Origin: Azolla caroliniana
Taxonomy: Eukaryota; Plantae; Polypodiophyta
Direction of reading: 5' to 3'
DNA: 64,000 bases
Assembly: GCA_043228905.1 (NCBI GenBank)
Contig: JBHGNT010000003.1
Location: 26,102,001-26,166,000, forward strand
The translations under genes were made by a program, and so were the position numbers. The stretch's first letter is position 1; every line of letters starts with the position of its first letter. The notes under the pieces were generated by a model. That model was given only the letters and a program-made list of their open reading frames with translations, had not been told where the DNA came from and made no database searches. Of the stretch, positions 50,272 to 62,960 are shown one piece after another.

Positions 50272-50689
50272 GGTCGAGAAATCAGAGATGGGGGGAGGGG
50301 AATGGGAGACGCAAGATATATGAACGAATGAATTACGATAGAAGTGTTTGTTGACAGAGAGAAGGAAAAGAAATGATGCAGATGGAGAGAAAGAAGGAGG
50401 TGATGATGATGATGATGGTGGAGGAATATAATCGATTTGAAAGCTAGGTCTTCGGAATGCTTACTTAAATTATATATGTAGATATATATAGTTATATAGT
50501 TATATGAATGTCTGTGTATGAGTATGTATGTACGTATGAGTATGTATATAGGAGTGTGGCGTGAGGGGATGGATTGGGTGGGAAAGGAGGTCGGTTTAGG
50601 CAGCAAAAAGTTGGTTTCTATTCCTCTTTAAGTTTTTAAGGAATTCGTGATGATGTGGATAGATGAGATAGAGAGTGTGTGAACTGATT

Positions 50690-50935
50690 GATATCAATCA
50701 ATGGATGAATTTTGGGGTTTTGGAGTATGTATGTTAATGTAATATGTATTTGATTCATTCAACCAATATGAATGTAGGAATTGATGGATGACCAAACAAA
50801 AAAAAGTTATACAACACATATGTACATACAATTCAATGAATTTATATCAATCAATGCAATTTGGGGTTTGGAGCACCTGATTCAATATGTCTCTAGGAAT
50901 TGATGGATGAGCAAACAAAAGTTATACATACATAA
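50690..50935. repeat. Imperfect tandem duplication upstream of GPX-A
   Basis: ATATCAATCAATG..TTTGGGGTTT..GGAG and TAGGAATTGATGGATGA.CAAACAAAA..GTTATACA each occur twice. Confidence 0.75.
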
Positions 50936-52077
50936 TTATACATGCATGCATACACACGTATACATTACATACATAATGATAATACATATACAGATGTGAA
51001 TCATCAATCAATCATCGGATGGCAGCCCATCGTACATTCGTGCCATATACATTCATGCCATGTGTCATACATGCATGATGCTCTCCAGTAATTCTGACTC
51101 TCTTGAGACTCTCCGTAGATCCAATTCCCTCCCACGAGAGCGCGCAATGTTTCAAATGGTAGATTGGATTCACACTTTGTTCCCATTCGGTCGATACAAG
51201 AAAACTCTATTGGTCTCATTATTCTACTTCAATGGGAAAATCATTGTGCTTTTTCCACCGTTGACATGTATGTAGAACAATATCTATTGTATGTCTACAC
51301 TTCACAATCGGCAACAAAAGTGTTACTATAAAATGCAACATCCACTCCTAATCTCAATGATGAATCACATTGTTGGCATTAATGTGAGAAGTAATTGTTG
51401 CTCTATTATGAGCCATGACAATGAGGTTGGCAGTATGTATTAGGATCCATATGTATATCTCATAATTACCGATGCATTGTTGATGATGTGCAAACATAGT
51501 GAGAATCAACAAGTCCTTACTTCATTACATCTAGATTTTACAAAACTAGTAATTAGATATGCTTGGACAACAATACCATGAACAATCAATCCTCCCATCA
51601 AGAAACGCTACAACTCATGAGCATTTGTTGGGTCGTGATATTTTTAAGCGCGCAAAATAGCTAGGATACAAACCGAATGAGATAAATGGAAATGCATCAA
51701 TTTCTTATTCAATGTAAATGGACTATTTCTTGGCAATTGCAATGACTTTTTTCAAATTCTTATTTCGGTTATGGTTGGCCAATCAATTTGGGAGTTCCCT
51801 GCATGACCCACCAATTCGCAACCAACTATGACAAATTCCTCTCATGTTGCTCCTTGCACTCACTCTATTGACTTGAATGTTTTTGCACCCTTTCTCTCTT
51901 TAGACTACATCTTTGCCAAACAAAAATGGCCAATTGTGCCACCCCACCTATAGTTTGATATTCATATTCCATTTGAAACAAGAGTGAGTTGAAATGAACA
52001 CAAATTTCAAGTAACATCATCCCGAACGATTCTCTCCAAATAATGAATAAAGAAATTGTTACAAGATGGTTTGGACA

Positions 52078-52148
52078 TGATTGTGCCCATCCAACACGAA
52101 ACAATAAAGAAGATGATTGTGCCCGTCCAACACAAAACAACAAATAAC
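52078..52148. repeat. 36-bp tandem duplication
   Basis: ATGATTGTGCCC(A/G)TCCAACAC(G/A)AAACAA occurs twice. Confidence 0.8.
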
Positions 52149-53615
52149 CTTATTGTATCCTATTATCAAATTATAGGAAAATGTCACAAAAGTTAGATCT
52201 TTCCACTAGTGAAGGCAAATGCCGATTAAATGCTATTTTACATGGCACACGTACTTTGAAGCTAAGGATATTTGAACCATAAACGAGTCAAACAAGTTCA
52301 CATTGTTCTGGTGGATCTATGGGTTCCACGTGGCCAAACTCTTCCCAACCTCATCTTTGAATATGGTGCCCTCTTAGTGCCAACATGAGATGAAATGAAA
52401 TAGTGGCAACGCATTTTAGAGATCAAGGCACATACAAAGAAATATACATATTCACAACAATTATTGTCTCTCTGATGTGAACATGCATATTGCAAGAATT
52501 CACGTATTGGTCAATGTCTAATGCTACAACTTTAGTGTTGGGTTCTATTTTGTTTTATATTGACGTGTGCAACTTCGAGAGAAATGGTTGAACGTGTGCA
52601 ACACTTCAAAAACATAATTCCCTCCAATAAGGATTACCTTTTGGGTTATAAAAGACAAAAAACTATACATTTGTAGGGACATCAAAAGGAACATTTAGGC
52701 AATCACAAAATGATATGTAAGCACAATGTGAATGCATTGACTTAACAATGGTATAACTGACTTTAGCATTCCCAACAACTTAACGTAAGCAACAAGGCAT
52801 TGCCTTATAGTGCATTCGCTCATATTTGTAAATGTAGTGAAATCTATTCACATGTGGATGCCAAAAAGAAATTTGAGTTGTGACCGACAATAGAATGCTA
52901 AAAGAAACATTTTGAACATTATATTATCGCAATTCAAATGGCTCAACAAATTTTACAAGAACATTGTGGTTTCAAATAAATAAATAGAAGGTTTTGCACC
53001 AAAACTTTTTTAACTATGCTTATCAAAGTAATTAAAAACAAGAAGTTATTATGGTAAATCCATTAGAGTATGTACCACATTTTAACTCTCAAATTTATAT
53101 ACTTCCTAGTGCTTCATAATTATGGGTTGAAACCTAGAAGAGCCCTTATCTTCTAGTATTTTGGCATTTCCCACGATTATAAGGATAACAAACTATCAAA
53201 CCTTTTACCGATATAGATATAGACTATTTATGGCAAATTCCCAATTTCCAATTGGCATTTTTATTTCCCTATGTTTTGAGTTTGTTTGTATAGATTTTAT
53301 GACCTCATAGGATAACAATTGCATATTATTTGCTTTGTCCCATCTCAAGCCTCCTCAATAAACTTTAAGTATTAACGATCGATTACAGTTTGTTTCTTCA
53401 ATTGTGTAGTATTTGCTTGCTGCACATAGTTATTTAACGGATAATAGTTAACCAAAAGAAAGCAAGCCACAATATACAATGATTTGGTTTGTTGGTAATA
53501 GGTATAGGGAACAAAATTATTAAGCATAAGAAATTGTGTTAAAAGGCTTTAATGGCGAATGATATCCACATCTTGATAACATTGCCAAAGTCCCCCTGAC
53601 ATTTGGTTGGATACT

Positions 53616-55565
53616 TCACAAGAATTTTTTTATATCATTCTGCAATCATAGGTAAACCATCAGGCAATCAACGAGGAAATTCTCTCGTTAGTACTAAAAC
53701 ATTTCTCAATGAACTATTTCCAACAATGAAGTTTACAATTAAGGCAAAATTCCAGAGTACAAACATTTTTTAATTTACCTCGAAATTGGAAGGAGATGTT
53801 GTTGGTGCATATCGTTCCACAATCTCCCCATCTCTATTAACCAAAAACTTTGCGAAATTCCACTCGATGTCATCACCTGCGGTACCTCCCTTTGAGCTTT
53901 TCAGAAGCTTATAGAGAGGTGAGGCGTTCTCTCCATTCACATCTATCTATCATCACAATTCAGATTACCTCAACATAAACAAGTGCTATGTGTGCATACT
54001 ACTAATAGACAATTATTAATGGAAATCTCAACAGATATGTGCAATTAAAATTATAAATGAATTATGTTAATTCTTCTTGATCAAGGAGAAGGCATACTAT
54101 ACCTTGTCAAAGATGGGATATTCAGCTTTGAACTTTGTACAAACAAAGTTCTGGATTTCCTCATTTGAACCCGGCTCTTCCGCAGAAAATTGGTTGCATG
54201 GAAAGGCAAGGATCTCCAATCCTGTATAAACACACTACGGTGAACCTTTGGTTCATAGAAAAACAAGATGCAGCAGCTGTAGTTCACATTCTCAGAGGAC
54301 AAACAACCTTCCTCTTTGTACTTGGTGTAGATTTCCGTGAGCTCAGTGTAGTTAACTGTAGTAAGACCACTGCAAAGATGAACGTTCAGTAGATAGCATG
54401 TTACATTTATCACAAAAGACAAAGGTTGAATGGTTTGAACCCACAACCTTAAGCTATCACTGATTTATATCCATTTTTTGTAATTACAGTCTCCAGGTTT
54501 GGACAAATCAATGTAGTAATCACACATTGTGCTTTGGTATGTGGTAATGACATCCTACAGAAGAAGAGAACACATACCAGTATGATGCCACATTAACGAT
54601 GAGCAGGACTTTCCCTTTATAAATGCCAAGATTCACATCGTTTCCCCGGTTATCCTAAAGATTATATATGCATGACCAGACTTAAAGAAAGCACCACAAG
54701 AAAATTACTTTAAATTTATGCCATTCTAAACAAACCCATTTCAAGCAGCTCTGCATACAAATGTCAGAAGAAAATTAATTCAGATCTATGGCTTTCCAGG
54801 AGATCCCATTTAAATTATTCCAGCACGAGTCCATTCAAGCCCTGGTGCTAATGATACAAAACCATCTAAACGGTTCCACGTAATTTCGTTTCCAAGACAC
54901 CTATTTAAGTCTGAGGATTTCCCATATTTTAAAATCTATAAGGAAATTTGCTTCAAAAACCATAGTTCAAATGCATAAGAACACACGTATTTTAAAGCTG
55001 TAAGAATATCCATATTCCAAATCTATGTGAGCGCACATGTTTCAAATGTATTAGAAAACCAATCTTTTAAATCTATAAGAGAAAATTCATTTCAAATCTT
55101 AGCCAAAACCCACTTCCAACACCAAACATACTTCAAGACTATATATAAGAGCACCCATACTTCAAATCTATAAGAACACCCAATTTTTCGAATCTACAAT
55201 AAAGCCATACATTTAATATATAAGAAAATTCCATATTCATAATTTATAAGAGCGCTCCATATTTTAAATGTATAGAAATAAGAAAATGGCACCCGGATTT
55301 CAAATTGATGGAAACACCCAACATATATGTAAGAATCGATTAAAAAACGTATTTCAGACCTACGAGATAAAATTCGTTCCTTTATTTATGAGAAAACCAA
55401 GAAATCAACATTTACATCTAGGCTTCTCTGATCGAACCCAATAATGAACGAACTTGAGCCAATCCAAAAACATGAAAACGAAAGACAGAGATCGTCGATA
55501 AAATTATATTTGATTCAAGTGCATACCTTGACAGTGATGTCGTAAAGGGTGGAAGAAGAAGCCAT
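53616..55565 (-). CDS. GPX: Glutathione peroxidase-like protein B (tandem paralog), 6 exons, 162 aa
   Basis: Exons 55565-55527, 54654-54578, 54369-54308, 54221-54103, 53946-53779 and 53639-53616. Motifs: [43 protein letters not shown]. Confidence 0.97.
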
Positions 55566-55784
55566 GACAGAAAATTAGGCGCAAGAGATGAGAAAGAGGT
55601 ATAAAGATGAAGCAACGAGCTGAATGGAATGGTTCAAGAAGTTGGGTATATATATATATATATATATATATAATTTGGAGACTGTGTCCTATCGTTCTGT
55701 AGTTTTCACCATATTACGATAGATACCCTCGGTCAAAGGCTTCGTAACTTATGTACTCTGCATAAATCAGATTGCATGATATTA

Positions 55785-55985
55785 TAATGTTGACATGAAC
55801 TAGAATGACATACAAAAAAAATGTTGACATGTATCACAATGGTGTTCTAAACACTCATATGACACACGTACAAATGTCGACATTATCCTAACTAAGTGTC
55901 TTCTAAGCACCACTCTGACACAAAAATGTTGACATGATTGTAGTGTCATTCTAAACACCAGTTTATGACACACAAATTATGACTT
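55785..55985. repeat. Degenerate tandem array upstream of GPX-B
   Basis: AATGT(T/C)GACAT..TTCTAA(A/G)CAC..(A/C)TGACA recurs about four times. Confidence 0.65.
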
Positions 55986-56178
55986 CATGGAAGTCTTGTT
56001 GTAAATACAACAGCTAATTGGCCATACATGTGATTTAATGTTAATGCTTAAGAATCCACATTCCTTCCATAAATTTGCCTTTAATTTCTTGAATGAAAAT
56101 TAAAATGTTTAGAATGGCTACATTACTTCACTTGGTCACTAATTAAAACACTAAGATTTCTTAGTTTGATGTCAATTT

Positions 56179-56235
56179 GAGAGAGAGATTGAGAGAGAAG
56201 AATTAGCGTCTTTTAAGGGGCCAAAATGGCATATA
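56179..56235 (-). mobile_element. Isolated LINE 3' terminus with (TC)n tail
   Basis: Reverse strand GCCATTTTGGCCCCTTAAAAGACGCTAATTCTTCTCTCTC. Confidence 0.5.
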
Positions 56236-56486
56236 AAACCAAACATGATATTACATCTTAAGTGTTGTCTTGTCTTTGAGAACAACAAATCAAAGCACAT
56301 ACATATTACTAAGTTTTTAAAAAAAGGCAAAAAGGTAAAAAGAGACTAAAAGATAGTCTTACCGATACATGTAAGATTCTCAAGTTAGAAATATTGTAAT
56401 TTTTGTCTTCAAAAGATCTATAACATATGTAGTTGGATCCAAAATGGAGAGGTCTTCGAAGCAAGGGAAGCACTTGCGATGGTAGA

Positions 56487-56706
56487 GATAATGGCTTTAT
56501 TTGTCAATGACAAGGGTGGTTAGATCATCGTCCATGGCCTACGTGCACAACAAATTGCTATTTCCCAAATCTATTGTAATCCCTTTGCTATGTCCTAGTC
56601 AGGAGCTCGTTTATGTATCTATTGATTGACTTGTAGCATGAGTAAGAGTGATGGGGCTAAAGAAAGTGGCGATGGTTCTTTGTGTGATGAGCTTGTGTGG
56701 CGCTGC
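56487..56706. repeat. Dispersed repeat of unknown class, copy 2 (copy 1 at 1031-1238)
   Basis: Same collinear blocks as copy 1, followed by (GA)n at 56709-56739. Confidence 0.75.
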
Positions 56707-56744
<38 letters not shown>

Positions 56745-57422
56745 ATTATCGTCTTTGGAGGTCAAATATGACCTATGAGACTAGATGGAGAGCTACTAGT
56801 AGCACAAGCTTTGGTTGATGATTCTTTAATGTTTCTACAAGCCTCACGAGAGAATCTTGAGAAGGGGATGCTTGTATGGAACCAATTTGCATTGGCTTTC
56901 GGATTATATATTAATTGGAGGAAGTCTAGTCTCATCTCATGTATTGAAAGCGATTCGGAATGTTTAGGATGGCAAGGATCCATAGTGAAGAAAGGCTCTA
57001 TTTTTTACACTTGGGCTATCCATTAGGAATGAATGTTACAAATGGTCAATTGATTGAATGGATGTCTAGTGAGTTGAGGGATAAGTTCATGTATTGGAAG
57101 TCACAATCTTGGTCATTTCATGTACACGAAGGTTGTACAATGTATTATGGAACCGACGATATTATATTACTTGCCATTGTTGCCATTGACAAAGAAGGCT
57201 TTGCGTTCAGTTTTGTAACCTCTTCGATATTTGTTATGGAAGAAGAGGGATAAGATGGGAATCACTTGGGTTGCGTGGAATCATCTAACAACCCCTAAGC
57301 GCTTGGGGGAAGCTGGAATATTGAACTTATCTATGGATATGATGGCTCATAGATTTTCATTATTACAAGACATGTGTTCAAACTCACAAATGGATATCTA
57401 TTGTTCAATATTTCAATGGTAA
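56745..57422 (+). mobile_element. L1-clade LINE reverse-transcriptase fragment (frameshifted)
   Basis: QALVDDSLMF (degenerate YADD), FGLYINWRKSSL, HLGYPLG, and LWKK..WVAWNHLTTPKRLGEAGILNL. Confidence 0.85.
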
Positions 57423-58640
57423 GGTTGCCCAATGGAGACCAGGTGGTCATGGGTTCAACCCCTACATTCCACAATAGATGGAATCTAGTGAAATAAGTGA
57501 TATTTATGAAGTAATAGAGAGGTGAGGAAATTGGGTTTCGAACCCAAGATGTAGTGTGTGTGTGTGTGTGTGTGTGTGTTGTTATTGAACTTAAGACATG
57601 GTTAATATATTAAAAGTAATGGTTCTCACAAAAAAAGGCATCATGAGAGTCTCAACATGAATTCTTGCAAAATGCCATTAACTTCCCTTGTGGTTGTGGG
57701 AAATCATGTTTGCCAAAAATAAGTTTTTATCTTTAGAGCTTAAACATAAAAAGAGGGGAATATAGAAATGCAGATAATTAAGAATAATAGTCATCAATAT
57801 TATCAACTATTCATAATGTCAATAATGAACTTATGCATCGTAACTATAATCACATTTTTTATGGAAGTGTGAATTCACTCATTTTGACAAGTTACAAATC
57901 CTTATATTACAAAAATTGTAAATCTTATTTTTATTAATATTTAAATAAACAAATTATTATTCAAAATTTCAATGAGGCAATTGACACAATATGGGTCACT
58001 CTGAAAGGCATTGTTCTTGATAAATAATGAGGTATTCTATCTATAAATAACTATTGTCCTCAATGCATAATAGTTCAAGTAATAGTTGAAGGAATCCTCA
58101 AGGAGCTATCCCTCTGACTTTATTTTGATGTGTTTATATCGCCTTTCTAGCAATGTTGATTTTATCAAGATTGACAACACCATTGCTAGCATCACAATAG
58201 TTGAGCTGTATCCATAAAAACTGTATCTTGAATTTTCAGCCACAATGTATATGAGAGGTCTCATTGGCGTGGTTTTCAGGTGATAGTTCTCTAATTTCAC
58301 AAGATACGAATAGTTGTACATTCTCCTTTCTTTAAGGGTCATATAGTAGCTCATAATGAAGAAAATCGTCAGCGAGAAGTCTCATTGATATTTCCTAGTC
58401 GACATTTTCTTTGGAACAATATAATTAGGTGCCATGAAAACAAGGATATATCTGTCAAATCAGCATAATTCATCGATGACCATAAGTTGCCATCACCATA
58501 TACAAATCTTGGGCATAAGGGCGTTGGTATCATTCATAGAATAAATCCCACTTTGCTCATATCTTCAGAAAATATCTTGAAAACTAAAATCCCTTCCGTC
58601 AACATCTCCCAATGAGATCCTGAAAACTGACATCCATCCT

Positions 58641-59611
58641 TTAATATCTTTGAGTGATGTCTCGGAGACCAACACTGATGAATGTGGTGAGAAATGTCTT
58701 ATATTTGCTGAGACCACCAAAGCATCGACCAATAACGACATGATAACTAGGTCGATGCTTTACCCTAGCCCAATAGCTTGATAAGTTTTTCCTATTCTTG
58801 ATATACTCTTTATATACCCCAAGAAGCTCAATCAATCCCAATATAGGTAAGAACATTGCATCTGCCATGGTGAATGTATCACCAACTAAAAATTGTGTGG
58901 TTGTTAGCTGTTCTTCGGCCATGTCAAGCAGCCTTCCTAGTTGACTAATATTTGCTTCTAGTGCTTCTGTATCTTTCATCATATCATCAGATGCATATGC
59001 TCTATGCAACTTTAAATGGTATTTGCTTGCAAGAGCTGGTTCCTTGGCCATTTTTGCAATAACTACTTTTCTCTTGAACCGGCTGAAGTATGTATGGATC
59101 CAAACAGGAATGTGTCTTAATGTGAACAGATGAGGGTCCCATTCATTTAGTCTATGCATCCATTCATGTAGTTTCTCCTTATTCACAATGTCTCCACCTA
59201 GTGGCTCATTGACTCTGTCTATGAACCTGAAATGCCCACATAATAGCTCTCATTTAAGGAAAACAAGTGTTTCCACATGACAAAACTCCCATAGAACCTT
59301 TCTCATTAAGATAGATCAGGGTATAATGTGCTGCTTAAGTATCAACTAGCCAACAAAAGGTATATCATATAGTATGAGTAGATATATGGTTAGAAAACTT
59401 ACTCCAGAATTGCAAGGGTGTCAGTCAGAACAACATTCCCATTGCGAAACACAGGCATTCTACCATCTGGGTTAATATTGAACAAATCTGCATTCAAATC
59501 TTTGCCTGTGACAGGATTCAAACTGTGTGAATTGTAATCCAGCCCTTTCTCTTCTAAGGCCAGCCTGACCTTTTGACTGTTGATCGAGAATGCATGATGA
59601 TAAAGCTGCAT
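58641..59611 (-). CDS. TCHQD: TCHQD-class glutathione S-transferase, 2 coding exons, 264 aa
   Basis: Exons 59611-59403 and 59226-58641. MQLYHHAFSINSQKVRLALEEKGLDY..NP.G..PVF.NG; EWM..EWDP..FTL.HIP; FLVGDTFTMAD; YW.RVK.RPSY.VVIGR.F.G..KYKT. A 5' UTR intron is likely: acceptor just before the ATG, GTGAGT donors near 60887 and 61097. Confidence 0.95.
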
Positions 59612-60482
59612 ATTCCCTGCTATCTTCAAAATGCATATCACTCAATTCCTCCTGAAGAATAACACATCCACCAATGTATGCAGGAAATCTGTTGACTCAA
59701 AACAGATTACTGGAATCCTTGCTCTAATATTGATCTGTATTCCTGTAATATTACACAAATGTGTTATAGAAATTATATCAATGGATAACAACACATCATC
59801 TACAATGCAAGAAGTGGTTTCATATTGTCATATTATTGACAAGCACTGATGTTACAAAACATGTTATCCCAACATTCAAACAGTGTTTGGAACAAAGGTG
59901 CACTCATTTGTGGATTTGAAATATTTATAGATGGAACAATGTCAATCAAAATATACAAATTGTTTGTTGAAATAATATGAAAGTTGCGGTGTTTTCTCAT
60001 AACTCCCTATGGTTTCATGAATGAAAAGCAAATTCGAGTGATTAGTGCAGAAACATTTTCCTGAATTTTGAACCATTGGTTTATTGTATATGGAAATGTC
60101 AAGTGTGTACCATTATATATTGAGATTACAGATGACAAGGGTGCATCAAGGGTAAAAGGTAAAAAATTGAGAAATTTTTGGGTTTCTCAGGTCACTGGTG
60201 CAATCAACAAAGAAAGCCAGTAAACAAAAATGCATATAATGTTTGCCAAACTCCTGTAAATTTGTGGTTTCTTTGGTAATTCTGAACATTTCATGCATGA
60301 CATCGAAACAGGGCTGAAAATCTTCCAAGCCCACAATAGATTATCATTAACTTGAATAATGCCCTCCATTTTGGAAGGAATCACAGAATTTTGATATATT
60401 TGATGACAAATTTGGAATTTATAACACAGAAATACGAATTAAATAAACAGCTGAAGCCACAGAGCTCATGTACACAAATTCT

Positions 60483-60655
60483 TGTATAATTCATGGTTCC
60501 TCATCAATGTTAACTAAAAACAAATGAAGCAAAATGCACAAAAAATAATTAGATAAACGACTGATGCAATGTATTTCATATATCGAAATTACTGTATAAT
60601 TCATGGTTCCTCTGCAACACTGGCTAAAAACAAATGGAGAAATTTACACAAAACA
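60483..60655. repeat. Imperfect duplication of about 60 bp in the TCHQD leader intron
   Basis: TGTATAATTCATGGTTCCTC..CTAAAAACAAATG at ~60483 and ~60593. Confidence 0.75.
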
Positions 60656-61899
60656 AGCTAAATGGAAAATTCCCATGGTATATATTTCACGGTTTTTCTT
60701 CACAACTAACTGAAAGAAAAGAAGCACATTAGAAAAAAAACGAAAACAACTGAATCCATAAGAGTTTAGGTATGAATGAGCCATAATACACACCACAACA
60801 CTAACTAAACAAGAGAAGACAATAAATTATTTAATTTTTTATGATTCTTTCTCAAAACCAGCAAAAAGAAAAGAAGCCTGAAACTCACAGACAGAAATTA
60901 TTTAATTTTGTTTTTCTACAGATCTGAAGGAGATCAAACAAAATGGCCATTCACAATCAAATATGAGTCGCGTTTGGAACACAGAACCTTCATTCTAAAT
61001 GGCGCAGAAACATAACGATCCATATTATATTTGAAGAATTCAGACGAAAAATGAACAAGAAAAGCAAACAGTAAATAAATCAATCAATGGAACTCACAGA
61101 ATTGTTTGGTGATTTTGAAAGATCGATCTGAGAATCAGAATAAAACGGGAATTATATCTATTCTTTCTTTCTTTTCTGCCTGTCTGTCTCTTCTGTCTTT
61201 TGCAGAGCCTCGGTAGGCCTCTCGATGTTTTCTTTATTTCCCCAACTACCCCTTTTTGGCTTTTGTTATTTACCGAAATGCCCTTTGTTTTTGTTATTGG
61301 GAAGGGGAGCTGCCCAAGACCAATTCGGAGAGATAACCAAAACTTAGGGGTATTTAGGCAAATCGAGAAGAATGTGGAGGCCTTTTTGGAGCCCTTCTAC
61401 TCACTTGAACTACGACAAATGTTGTGTTAATTTTTAATAAATATTAAGGTTATACATTACATTAATTAAGTCGGCGCTACGTTGAACTAGTGTGAAGGTT
61501 TCGTTCCACCAAAAACAAAGTTGATAGTATCCTCGGGTAAATCCTAGTCTTTGGAATGTTGTTGTCTTCTAGATATATTAAACCTAGTTATCCCAATTAG
61601 CATAATTAGTTATGGCTCTTGTAGAATGCCAAACCTTTTTATGTTTCTAGAGTTGAGTCAAAAGGATACATTGAACGTGTTAGGATGTTTTGCATACCAA
61701 TCTTTCACCCTCCTATTCCAATCAATCTCTCTTTATGAAGATCACATTATATTGATTGTTGTCTATGTGCATAGATTATTATTGATCTTTATGTCTCCAC
61801 CAACTATTCAACTTCTAATTGTTCTAAATGGGGGACTGGTGTGATGCCTTACCAAATCATAAAATTATGTATGATGACGTTTTAATACATTTCAAATAG

Positions 61900-62560
61900 T
61901 TTAATGTTGATGAATTAAAATGTAGTAGATATAATTTATTGTAAAATAATGGCATATTAACCCATCATCATGAATCAAAATATCTCTCTTTCCACCAAGA
62001 CAACGAATCAAATATCGAAAGTTGGGAAATATAAAACGGTGCATCAAATTTTTGGTCTTTTTTTATGGTGGGTTTGTCTTGGTGATTGGTTGTAAGTAGC
62101 TCCCCACCCAAAGCAACATAAATGTAGGAAAAAGAGTTCCAGCTCATTGCAAGCATTATTGTTTAAAAAAGCATATGTGTAATCACTATTGATTGAAGGT
62201 GATTCTTCACAATACATACATACATATATGATGCATTCTTGTTAAAACAATGAAGATGTTGTCATTAGTTTATTGGAATACACAGTTGATGATTTTTTGA
62301 CTTTATGTAGGTCGTCATTGTTTTTTGCCCTAATCTCGTTTGTCAACCTATTTATACGCAATCTCCGTAAAGGTATTGACATTGGACAAGCTGAATTGTA
62401 ATTTGTTCTTCGGTGTTGTTCCTTTCTTTTGTTCCATATACTAAATATAATGTCATAGTTATTGTCCATGGTTTTTTTTTTGTGTTGATTTTGGAATCCA
62501 ATAGATGCTTGTAATGTTTGAAACATTTTGTTACTTCAAATTTATTCATGTCGCATTGCT
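61900..62560 (-). mobile_element. Possible hAT transposase remnant
   Basis: FDSLSWWKE resembles the D.L.WW start of the hAT dimerisation domain; little else is recognisable. Confidence 0.25.
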
Positions 62561-62619
62561 CTTAACTAAACCTCCTTGCATGCCAAAACACTATTTTTAT
62601 ATGTGTTTTATAGCAACAT

Positions 62620-62960
62620 CATGGACATGAAAAGGCAATTCAATTTGTCAAGATGATCTATACTTTTAGGGAGGGGCCAATGCCTGATATACTATGTAAG
62701 GAGTTATCAAGCCCTGTCATTACCAAATGATATCTTAGAACAACAATTAAAGAATTCTTGTGGTTCTACAACCCAACCCATCTCACTTAGTAAATCAATA
62801 AGGCATGGGTGCAACGTAACTCCTTTACTATTTACAATTGTCTCACATCTTATTTTGACAATGTAGGTAAATGGGTGGAAGATTTGTTTGGTTGGGTTAT
62901 GTCTACCTTCAAGATTTCCTTGTGTTGCACACTCTTCATCGAACAACCTGTTTGGTCTGA
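62620..62960 (+). mobile_element. L1-like RT remnant
   Basis: TQPISLSKSIRHGCNVTPLLFTIVSH, a degenerate RQGCPLSPLLF motif, preceded by a DMKR segment resembling LDMEKA. Confidence 0.55.

Noticed and set aside
47569-55565. Selenocysteine-type GPX
   Set aside because: Both catalytic codons splice to TG|T (Cys). The only route to TGA (13-nt exon in GPX-A) also shifts the frame. No SECIS was recognised, and land plants are not known to have selenoproteins.
58106-58354. 82-aa ORF downstream of TCHQD
   Set aside because: No recognisable motif or splice structure; probably 3' UTR or intergenic sequence.
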